Shown piece after piece: positions 25,097-33,207 of a DNA stretch of 37,190 nucleotides. The notes beneath the pieces were generated by a model. It was given only the letters and a program-made list of their open reading frames with translations. It ran no database searches and was not told the DNA's origin. How positions within the stretch are numbered: position 1 is the stretch's first letter; the number at the start of each line of letters is the position of its first letter. Made by a program: the position numbers and the translations under genes. Source of the DNA: a virus (taxonomy: Duplodnaviria > Caudoviricetes); IMG/VR virus record IMGVR_UViG_3300022173_000089, positions 1-37,190 of that record. One strand, 5' to 3'.

Positions 25097-25552
25097 ATGG
25101 CTGAAATCAACGGTCGCATCCCGACCGAATTGGCGGCGAACAGGAAGGCCCTGTACGACTCGCAAAGCAAATCGTTCGCGGCGGTCTGTGAAATGCCGCT
25201 CGTGCATGCTGGCGCCGCCATTGCCGACACAATCGGCTTTGGCATCGTTCTGAAGAAGGGCACGCGGCTCATGTGCCCAGTCGTGGTGAGCAACGGCGCC
25301 GGCACGGCGTCTTGCACGCTCGCGGTCGGCCTGCGCAACGCGAGCACGAAGGTGGTCAACGATGCGACGGCTGTGCTCGCGGCGACGGCGATCAACGCGG
25401 CGCAGAACATCACCGCACTCACCGGCACGAAGCTCACGAACGGCCAGCGCTACGTGCTGACCGAAGACTCGGAGCTGTACGGCACGGTCGCAGGCGCTGC
25501 GATCCCGGCGAACCAAGCCATCCGCATCGAGGTTCCTTACCTCGCGGCCTGA
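25097..25552 (+). CDS. Capsid cement/decoration protein
   Basis: Small beta-rich protein after the MCP with an AAGGAG RBS, followed by a terminator. Confidence 0.65.
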   Translation: MAEINGRIPTELAANRKALYDSQSKSFAAVCEMPLVHAGAAIADTIGFGIVLKKGTRLMCPVVVSNGAGTASCTLAVGLRNASTKVVNDATAVLAATAINAAQNITALTGTKLTNGQRYVLTEDSELYGTVAGAAIPANQAIRIEVPYLAA

Positions 25553-25577
25553 TTGCTGGGCTTTTTGAGCAGTTGTC

Positions 25578-25603
25578 GCGGGGGCCTCACGGTCCCCGCT
25601 TTT
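25578..25603 (+). terminator. Intrinsic terminator after the capsid genes
   Basis: GCGGGGGCC-TCAC-GGTCCCCGC followed by TTTT. Confidence 0.7.
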
Positions 25604-25621
25604 CCTTGAGGATGCGAGACG

Positions 25622-26197
25622 ATGGCCACCGATGTCGGGATTTGCAGTGCGGCGCTTTCGCTGCTGGGCGACAAGCCTATCAGCAGCCTGACCGAAGCGA
25701 ACCGCGTGGCCGCGACGCTGTGCGCGAACATCTACCCGTTGGCCAAGGCCGACTTGATGCGCGCGCATCCGTGGAACTGCCTCACCACGCGCGTGGTGCT
25801 GTCGCCTGAGACAACGGCGCCGGCTTTCGAGTGGCGTTCGCAGTTCGTGAAGCCCGGGGACTGCTTGCGCATCATCTCGGTTGGGTACGACGGCTGCCCC
25901 GAGCCGTACCTGCTGGAGAACGGCAAAATCCTGGCGAACACCAGCATCCTGCGTCTGCTGTACGTGGCCGACAAGGGCGAGGGATTTTGGGACGCGAACC
26001 TCACCGACACGATGGTGAAACGCATGGTCAAGGACTTGGCCTATCCGATCACGAAGAGCGCAAGCGTTGCAGAGCTGAAAGCCGCCGAGTTCAAAACTTC
26101 CTTGAAGCTGGCAAAAGCAGTCGACGGCCAAGAGAACCCGCCCGAGGAATGGAACGACTCCCCGTTCATCTCAGTGCGCGGCGGCGCGCGAGCCTGA
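25622..26197 (+). CDS. Tail adaptor (tail tubular protein A-like)
   Basis: ICSAALSLLG..ISSL, HPWNC, P.DCLRI and AKAVDGQE motifs. Confidence 0.85.
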   Translation: MATDVGICSAALSLLGDKPISSLTEANRVAATLCANIYPLAKADLMRAHPWNCLTTRVVLSPETTAPAFEWRSQFVKPGDCLRIISVGYDGCPEPYLLENGKILANTSILRLLYVADKGEGFWDANLTDTMVKRMVKDLAYPITKSASVAELKAAEFKTSLKLAKAVDGQENPPEEWNDSPFISVRGGARA

Positions 26198-26200
26198 CCC

Positions 26201-28399
26201 ATGCCGCGCCTGCAAACCCTCACAAGCAACTTCACCGCGGGCGAGTTCTCGCCGCAGTTGCGTGGCCGCACGGACATCGAGAAATTCAACGCGAGCGCCG
26301 AGAAGCTCGAAAACGTGGTCGTGTTGAAGCAGGGCGGCGTGACGATGCGCCCGTCGATGGACTTCAAGGGCCAGGCAAACGGCGCGATCTCCGGCGCCAA
26401 GCGGCTGATCCCCTTCGTGTACTCGCGCGTCGATGCTTTCGTGCTTGAGTTCGGCGATGCGTACATTCGATTCTGGAGCAATGGTGCGCTGGTTCTTGAT
26501 GCGCTTTTCTTGCCGTACTTCGTGGCGTCGCCGTACACCGCAGCGCAATTGGCGGACATCCAGTACACGCAGGGCGGTGACACGCTGCTTTTGTTTCATC
26601 CGGACGTTGCGCCGCACCGTTTGAGGAGATTCGGAACTGCGAACTGGGTTCTTGATTTGGTCCCGTTCGACCCGCCTGCACTGTACGAGTTTGGGCACGC
26701 ATCGGCCACGGTAACGATTACGCTGTCTGCCGCTACGGTCGGTGCTGGGCGCACCGCGACCGCGAGCGCTGCTACGTTCGAGGCGGCGGATGTGGGCCGA
26801 ACGGTCACCGCAGCTGGCGGCCTCATGACGATCACGGCGTTCACTTCGACGACCGTTGTCACGGGCACGATCACTCAGGCGTTTCAAGCCACGCTTCTCG
26901 CCGCCACCGCGTGGCGCCTACAAGGCACACCGCAGGCCGTTCTGACGCCGAGCGCTGCCGGCCCGGTTGGCACAGCCATCACCCTGACTCTCTCGGCGAA
27001 TGGCTGGCGCGCGCCGGACGGAACGCAAGGATATGTCGAGGTCAACGGCGGTCTAGTGCGGCTCACGAGCCTGACGTCGGCGCTGATCGCGAACGGCATC
27101 GTTGTGCGCGAGCTGACCGGCGTTGTCGCGGCTCCGGCCGACGCATGGGTGCTACTCGGGCCGGCCTGGAACGCCTTCGACAAGTACCCGCGCACCGGGG
27201 CGCTGTTGCAGCAACGGCTCTGGGTCGGCGGAAGCGCCGGGTTTCCGCTGTCGTTCTGGGGTTCGAGATCAGGCCTGTTCTTCGACTTCACGCCTGGAAC
27301 GCTCGACGATTCGGCCGTCTACAAGACTGTGGAAAGCGACGACAACAACATCATCTTGTCGCTGATCAGCGGCTGGGGAACGCTGATCGGCCTTACCTAT
27401 GCCGGGGAATTCGACGTTCGCGGCGGCATCGAGAAGCCGATCACTCAACTCAATGCCCAGATCACGAAACGCACAGCCTGGGGCTCATCCGGAGCGCGGC
27501 CACTGCGCACCGGCACCGACGTGCTGTTTGTCGAGCGTGGCGGCACCGCAATTCGTGCGCTTCGGCGCGACATCGAATCCGGATTTTCAGCCGAAGACGT
27601 TTCGGTCTTCAGCGACCATCTACTGCTTGAAAGCGGCGTCGCTGAAATGGCCTACGAGCAAAGGCCGCATTCGGTTGTCTGGTGTCGCACTGGCGCCGGC
27701 AAGCTGCTGGCGATGACCTACAACACAGAGCAAAACCAGGTGTCTATTTGCAGCGGCTCGGCGTTGTCGAACGGGGTGATAAAGTCTCTCGTGACAGTTC
27801 CAGACGGCGCCGTCGATGCGACCTACGCGCTTGTCGAGCGCACGATTCTTGGCGCGGCGCTGTTGTACGTGGAGCGCTTGAATTGGACCGTGAGCCCTGG
27901 GCTCGACTGCCGAAGCGTTTACGCCGGATCGCCCGCTGCGTTCATTCCCGGGTTCCTCCAACTTTCAGGGCAAACTGTGACCGTGCTCGCCGACGACATC
28001 TTTGTCGGGACTGCCGTCGTGACGAATCTCGGCCAAGTGCAATTGCCGCGCGATGCATCGAAAGTTGAAATCGGAATTCCGTACACCGCGAGGGTGCGCC
28101 TGTCGGCCCCGGAAGTCGGAACCGGCACAGGCACAGCGCAAGCCCAGGCCATGAGCACGCACAGCATTTCCGTGCGATTCTTGAACACGATCGGCTGCAA
28201 GACCAACCTGCAAGACATGGGGTTCCAGCAATTCGACGGGCCACTTCTCGACGCGCCACCGGAGCCGTTCACCGGAGTCAAAACGGTGTCTGACAGCGGG
28301 TGGGAGAATGGCGAATCTGTGGTCGAACTTGTGCAAGAGTTGCCGTACCCGTTCACCGTGCTCACGGTCGTGCGCGGGATCACGGTCAACGCGGGTTGA
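26201..28399 (+). CDS. Tail nozzle (tail tubular protein B-like)
   Basis: NFTAGEFSP.L.GR.D, RLIPF, YTQ..D, YP..QQRL and FDF motifs; 732 aa. Confidence 0.88.
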   Translation: MPRLQTLTSNFTAGEFSPQLRGRTDIEKFNASAEKLENVVVLKQGGVTMRPSMDFKGQANGAISGAKRLIPFVYSRVDAFVLEFGDAYIRFWSNGALVLDALFLPYFVASPYTAAQLADIQYTQGGDTLLLFHPDVAPHRLRRFGTANWVLDLVPFDPPALYEFGHASATVTITLSAATVGAGRTATASAATFEAADVGRTVTAAGGLMTITAFTSTTVVTGTITQAFQATLLAATAWRLQGTPQAVLTPSAAGPVGTAITLTLSANGWRAPDGTQGYVEVNGGLVRLTSLTSALIANGIVVRELTGVVAAPADAWVLLGPAWNAFDKYPRTGALLQQRLWVGGSAGFPLSFWGSRSGLFFDFTPGTLDDSAVYKTVESDDNNIILSLISGWGTLIGLTYAGEFDVRGGIEKPITQLNAQITKRTAWGSSGARPLRTGTDVLFVERGGTAIRALRRDIESGFSAEDVSVFSDHLLLESGVAEMAYEQRPHSVVWCRTGAGKLLAMTYNTEQNQVSICSGSALSNGVIKSLVTVPDGAVDATYALVERTILGAALLYVERLNWTVSPGLDCRSVYAGSPAAFIPGFLQLSGQTVTVLADDIFVGTAVVTNLGQVQLPRDASKVEIGIPYTARVRLSAPEVGTGTGTAQAQAMSTHSISVRFLNTIGCKTNLQDMGFQQFDGPLLDAPPEPFTGVKTVSDSGWENGESVVELVQELPYPFTVLTVVRGITVNAG

Positions 28400-28410
28400 T
28401 GGGAGCAAGA

Positions 28411-28887
28411 ATGGGATTCAGTCTCGGGACATCCGGCCAGAATATGCAGCTCGCCGGCACGGCAGCCCAAGGCGTGGCGTCGGTTGCCTACGCCGAGGCG
28501 CAATACCAGATGGCCAAGACGGATGCGGCGAGCGAGCGCGCGGCAGCTGCCGACCAGGCCGCGCTGATCCTGAAGGCAACTCTGCGCCAGCGCAGCGCAG
28601 CGCGCGCGGCCACGGCGGCGAGCGGCGCCAAGATCGACGCCTTCTCCCTCATGAACGAGCAGGAAATCTTGCAGGCCGGCGAGACCGACGCAGCCATGAC
28701 GATCTTGAGCGGCGAGCGCCGGGCGAAAACGCACATGATCGGCGGCAAGGCTGCGCGCGCGGCCGGGTTGCAGTCGGCGGCGTCGTCGATGTTCAGCGCG
28801 TCGTCGCAGATCAAGGGCTGGAAGGGCATCAAGACGCCGGCCTTCTACGACGGCACGACGGGCGACTTCTCGGCGCCGCAGGGGTGA
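28411..28887 (+). CDS. Small internal virion/ejection protein (start may be 28399)
   Basis: Ala-rich with an AATAASG motif; located after the nozzle. Confidence 0.7.
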   Translation: MGFSLGTSGQNMQLAGTAAQGVASVAYAEAQYQMAKTDAASERAAAADQAALILKATLRQRSAARAATAASGAKIDAFSLMNEQEILQAGETDAAMTILSGERRAKTHMIGGKAARAAGLQSAASSMFSASSQIKGWKGIKTPAFYDGTTGDFSAPQG

Positions 28888-28893
28888 TGCAGC

Positions 28894-30957
28894 ATGGCTC
28901 AAATTCCAGGATCGCAGGGGCTCGGTGAAGTTGTCGCGCGCCCCGTCCGCCTCAACGAGACGCAAGTTCCGCGCGCCGCGTTCGGGTCTGAGATTGCGGC
29001 CAATGTTGCCGAAACCGGCGCCGCGATGGTGCGCGACGAACAACAGCAGGTGCGGGAGTGGGCGGCGGAGAAAAACCGCGAGTTGGCTCAGCAGTTGGCC
29101 GCGCGCAAGGCCGCCGACCGCGCGCAGGCGCTGACCGAACTCCAGTTTGCGGGCGACGATCTGGCGGCCCTCGGCGACGAATTCGCCAACGGCATCAAGA
29201 CCGGCCAGATCGACAAGACGAAGGCCGGCGAGGAATGGGTGACCCAGGCACGCGAGCGCGCGGCGGCGGCGCTGGAGAAGGTGCCGGCCGATCACCGGCC
29301 CGACGTTCAGCGCGATCTGGACCACCGCGTGCGCCGGGGGCAGATGCTTGTCGGCAAGGCGGTAACGCAGCGCGACCAGCAAGACGTGCGCAGCGGGATC
29401 GACCAGAACATGGAAGCCGCGTCGCGGATGTACATGACCGACCCGAAGGGCGCCGACGCGCTCATGAACGGCGTGCTTGACGCGCTCGGCCCGCACAGCG
29501 GCCTGGCGCCCGACCAGGTGCAGAAACTGCGGCAGACCTACCTGGAGAACAGCCGCTACACCGCCGGCTACGAGGCTGTGAGCAGGGCACGCGACAATCG
29601 CAAGGCGCTGGACGCGGCGGACAAGTTCATCGACGGGTTGACCGAACTCGACCCGCAGAAGCGCGTGCAGCTGCTGGACCGGAGCGCGGCCTACAAGCTG
29701 CACCTGGACCAGAAGGCCGAGGTCGCCGCCGCGCGTGCCCAGCGGCAGGCCGAGGCGACATTGAAGAAGGCCGAAGCGACGTTCACTGCGGCGTCCGCGC
29801 TGGCCGAGAAGGGGACGTTGAACGCGGACTACGCCGACAAGGTGATCAGCCAGCTCGGCGGAACACCCTATGCCGATGCGTTCCGCCAGATGGTCGAGAC
29901 GCAGCGCGAGACCGGGCCGCTTGCCGCGCAGCCGCTCGCCCAGCTGCGCGCCACGGTGCAAGCACTGGACAGCAAGATCGCCAAGGAAGGGTTGACGCCG
30001 CAGCTCGAGAAGATGCGCGGCCGGTACCAGCACGTTCTGACGGCTGCCGAGGGCGACTACGCCAAAGACCCGTTGCCGGCGGCGCTCGAGCGCGGCGTGA
30101 TCGACGAGCTGGTGCCGCTCGATCTTGGAAACGTGCAGACGCTTGCGGCATCCGTGGTTGGGCGCGTGGCTCAGGCTGAGCAGGTTCAGGCCGTCACGGG
30201 CAAGCCGGTGTCGCCGCTGACTGGCGCCGAAGCTGACAAGGTGGGCGAGATGCTGGCGATCCTGCCGCCGGCCGAGCGCTCGAAGGCGGTTGCCGCGCTG
30301 GCGCAGCAGACCGGGCCGAAGGTGGCCAGTGCTCTGGCGGCGCAGATCGACAAGAAGGACCGTGCGCTCGGCCTGGCATTCGCGCTCGCCGGCTCGGCCA
30401 CCACCAACGGGCGCATGACTTCCGAACTGGTGCTGAAGGGCGCGCAGGCCAAGAAGGACGGCACCAGCACCAAGGGCGAGAAGTTGCCGGACGTGAAGGC
30501 CGGGCAGTGGCGTGCGCGGGCGACGGCGGACCTGGACGGCGTTTTCGCCAACCAGCAAACCACCGAGCAGATCAGGGACGCGGCCGAGCTGATCATGCAC
30601 GGCATCGCGGCCGAGCAGGGCGGGCGGCTGACCGAGAAGGACATGGATCGCGCGGTCGGCCTGGCGCTGGGTGGTACGCTGGTCGAACACAACGGGCGCA
30701 AGGTTCCCCTGCCGGCCGGCGTGGATGAAGACGGGCTGAACAAGCGGCTTCGCGCCGTGTCGCGCGAGGAGCTGATCAAGCAGGCCCCGACCGGCATGGT
30801 GCGCGCCGGCGGTCAGGAAATTTTCCTCGAAGACTTCAGCAAGTCTCTGCCGGCGCAGCAGTTGATCCCGGTCAGTCCGGGGCGTTACGGGGTGCTTGTC
30901 GGCGGCCGGCCGGTCACGAACCAGGCCGGCAAACCCATTGTCATCGGTGTGCAGTGA
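28894..30957 (+). CDS. Internal virion/ejection protein
   Basis: 687 aa, helical and A/Q/E-rich; synteny. Confidence 0.7.
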   Translation: MAQIPGSQGLGEVVARPVRLNETQVPRAAFGSEIAANVAETGAAMVRDEQQQVREWAAEKNRELAQQLAARKAADRAQALTELQFAGDDLAALGDEFANGIKTGQIDKTKAGEEWVTQARERAAAALEKVPADHRPDVQRDLDHRVRRGQMLVGKAVTQRDQQDVRSGIDQNMEAASRMYMTDPKGADALMNGVLDALGPHSGLAPDQVQKLRQTYLENSRYTAGYEAVSRARDNRKALDAADKFIDGLTELDPQKRVQLLDRSAAYKLHLDQKAEVAAARAQRQAEATLKKAEATFTAASALAEKGTLNADYADKVISQLGGTPYADAFRQMVETQRETGPLAAQPLAQLRATVQALDSKIAKEGLTPQLEKMRGRYQHVLTAAEGDYAKDPLPAALERGVIDELVPLDLGNVQTLAASVVGRVAQAEQVQAVTGKPVSPLTGAEADKVGEMLAILPPAERSKAVAALAQQTGPKVASALAAQIDKKDRALGLAFALAGSATTNGRMTSELVLKGAQAKKDGTSTKGEKLPDVKAGQWRARATADLDGVFANQQTTEQIRDAAELIMHGIAAEQGGRLTEKDMDRAVGLALGGTLVEHNGRKVPLPAGVDEDGLNKRLRAVSREELIKQAPTGMVRAGGQEIFLEDFSKSLPAQQLIPVSPGRYGVLVGGRPVTNQAGKPIVIGVQ

Positions 30958-33023
30958 TGGACTTCGACAACAGCGCCCAAGTCGATGCTTTGGCCAGCGC
31001 GCCGCCCGGCCCGCCGCCGGCGCCGGCAACGCGCGCGAAGGATTCGGTGTGGGCCCAGCCCATTCGCGGGCTCGCGGCCGGTCTCGGCGACCTGGCTGCC
31101 AGTGCCTCCGAGCTGGCCGTTGGGCAGTTCCGCACCATGCAGGCGATGGATGAGCAGACCCAAGACCGGCTGCGCCGGCAGCGCGCGGGCGAAACCGTTG
31201 CGCCCAGCCAAGGCGTGAGCGCGAGCGGAGAAACCGAGCTGTCGCGCGACCTGCGCACCGTGGCGCGCGGCTACCGGCCGGACCCGGCCACGACCGGAAC
31301 GGCTGAAAACGTGGTCTTCGAGTTGTCGCGCGTGCTGCCCAAGGCGATCGGCTACACGCTGGCTGCCGGGCCGCTCGGGGGGGCGGCCGCGCTCGGCACC
31401 GACGAGGCGATGACCAGTTACAGCGAAATGATTCACAAGGGCGTCGACCCGGAGACCGCGAAGAGGGTCGCCGGCGTGACGGGCGTCGCGGCTGGCGCTG
31501 GGATTCTGCTGCCAATGTCCGGTTCGACCGTGGCGCGCACCGCCGGGCTGTACGCGCTGGGCGGGCCGGGCGCATTCGTCGCGCAGCAGGCCCTGACGCG
31601 CGAGATTCTTGGCCAAGCCAATTACACCGACCTGGCCAAGTCGTTCGACCCGCTTGACACCACCGGACTGGCGCTCTCGCTGCTGATCCCGGCGCCGTTT
31701 GCCGCTTGGGGGCTTCGGTCCAACCTGAAGGCCAAGAAGGTTTCACGTGAAACAACGCCGCCGGCTGGCGAGACGGTAACGCCAGCAGCGCCAAAGCCCG
31801 AGGCCGCACCTACCGTACTGCCGGAGCACATCGACGCCGCGATGGTGCACAACCTGACGTTGCGCCGAGACATGAGGGCGGCCGTCGAGGAAGACACGAC
31901 GACGCATCTGGCCGCCCAGGGCGAGCGCATCACGCCCCTTGCTGAATTTGCCGCGGCGCGCGAGATCACGGAACCGGCGGGGCCGAAGGATGGGCCGGAC
32001 ACGTTTCTCGCCTGGTTGCGCGATCAAGGCGGCGTGTCATCTGCCGAAAAGCTGGACATCACGGGAGAACGCAGCGGCCTGAGTCGCGGCGCGATCTTCA
32101 AGCGCGGCGGACTGCGGCTTGACGAACTCGCGCGCCGGGCCGAGGCCGAAGGATTCCTTCCGCCCGGATCGGTTGAATCGGCGCTGGACAACGGCGGAAC
32201 TCGGGCGATGGCCGACCTGGTGCAGCGCGCGGCCGGTGGCGAGCGTGTTCTGACGGCCGCTCAGGAAATCGAGAAGCTGGCCCGCGACCGGATGGACGCA
32301 GATGTGCGCACGCGGGTCGAAATGCTGGAAGAGCGCTTGAAGCTGCTGGGCGAAGACCCGGCGCCGGCAAAGGGCGATCTTGCGACGCTCGAATCCTACC
32401 TGGCCGCGAACGAGGATCGGCTTGTCGCGGTTGCGATGAACGACATCGCCGAGCAGCGGCGCGCGCAACTCGAAGTGCCGGCCAGGGCGCCGAAGCCTCC
32501 GCCGGCGCAGGTCGAGCGCGCCCGGCTTGCCATGCAAGACGCCGCCGATAGCGGCCGGCCGCTCGAAGACGTCGCCGCCACGCTCCCGCCCGACGTTCAG
32601 AACCTACTTGTCGGGCTGCGCGAAGCCGGCGCCGATGCCGCGCGCGCCGAGCGCATGCTGTCGGACTTCGCGCGCACGGCCGAGGCTCAGCCTGGCCGCT
32701 CGACGGTGGACATCGCGGCCGACGTGGTGGAAGCCGGGCGCCGCGGCGAGACGGTCACACCAGAGCCGCAGCCCAAGGCGCCGGCCACTCCCGAGACTGC
32801 GGCGGCCGATTCGATCAAGGCGCGCATCGCAAGCCTGGAGGCTGAGGCGCCCGACATGGTGGTGCGCATCGACGCCGACGGCAACCCGGTGACGCTGGCC
32901 GACGAACTGGCCCGCATCCGGCGCGAAGCCGCAAGCGGGACCGACGACGTTTTGGGATCGAACGATGCGCCGCTTCTGCGCGTGGCAGCAGACTGCGCGC
33001 TATCTACAGGGGTGCCGGGATGA
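30954..33023 (+). CDS. Internal virion/ejection protein with hydrophobic segments
   Basis: 689 aa with G/A-rich membrane-like helices; synteny. Confidence 0.7.
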   Translation: MMDFDNSAQVDALASAPPGPPPAPATRAKDSVWAQPIRGLAAGLGDLAASASELAVGQFRTMQAMDEQTQDRLRRQRAGETVAPSQGVSASGETELSRDLRTVARGYRPDPATTGTAENVVFELSRVLPKAIGYTLAAGPLGGAAALGTDEAMTSYSEMIHKGVDPETAKRVAGVTGVAAGAGILLPMSGSTVARTAGLYALGGPGAFVAQQALTREILGQANYTDLAKSFDPLDTTGLALSLLIPAPFAAWGLRSNLKAKKVSRETTPPAGETVTPAAPKPEAAPTVLPEHIDAAMVHNLTLRRDMRAAVEEDTTTHLAAQGERITPLAEFAAAREITEPAGPKDGPDTFLAWLRDQGGVSSAEKLDITGERSGLSRGAIFKRGGLRLDELARRAEAEGFLPPGSVESALDNGGTRAMADLVQRAAGGERVLTAAQEIEKLARDRMDADVRTRVEMLEERLKLLGEDPAPAKGDLATLESYLAANEDRLVAVAMNDIAEQRRAQLEVPARAPKPPPAQVERARLAMQDAADSGRPLEDVAATLPPDVQNLLVGLREAGADAARAERMLSDFARTAEAQPGRSTVDIAADVVEAGRRGETVTPEPQPKAPATPETAAADSIKARIASLEAEAPDMVVRIDADGNPVTLADELARIRREAASGTDDVLGSNDAPLLRVAADCALSTGVPG
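31739..31754. promoter_or_regulatory. parS-like palindrome
   Basis: GGTTTCACGTGAAACA is 15/16 identical to the consensus TGTTTCACGTGAAACA, with a perfect 14-bp palindrome. Confidence 0.6.
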
Positions 33024-33207
33024 GCTGCAAGACGACCAGCGACAGGATCGACCCTGCGACAATTGTCCACTTGATGACGCGCCACCAGGCTGAGAAGTAC
33101 CTGTTTGCGCCGCGAACCGACCCAGAGGCAGCCAGGCCGAACAGCCAAACCCATCCGATCATCAAAGCCAGCGAACCGAAGAAAACGAGGAGTTGATCCG
33201 TGGCCAT
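33004..33207 (-). CDS. Small antisense two-TM membrane protein (67 aa)
   Basis: MATDQLLVFFGSLALMIGWVWLFGL...WTIVAGSILSLVVLQL fills the gap between two ejection genes. Confidence 0.6.
   Translation of the reverse strand: MATDQLLVFFGSLALMIGWVWLFGLAASGSVRGANRYFSAWWRVIKWTIVAGSILSLVVLQLIPAPL

Noticed and set aside
27919-31809. 1296-aa minus-strand ORF and similar long antisense ORFs (32687-35545, 23867-26131, 16786-18390, 14065-15765)
   Set aside because: These are shadow frames of high-GC plus-strand genes that have clear motifs. Their translations carry no recognisable domains.
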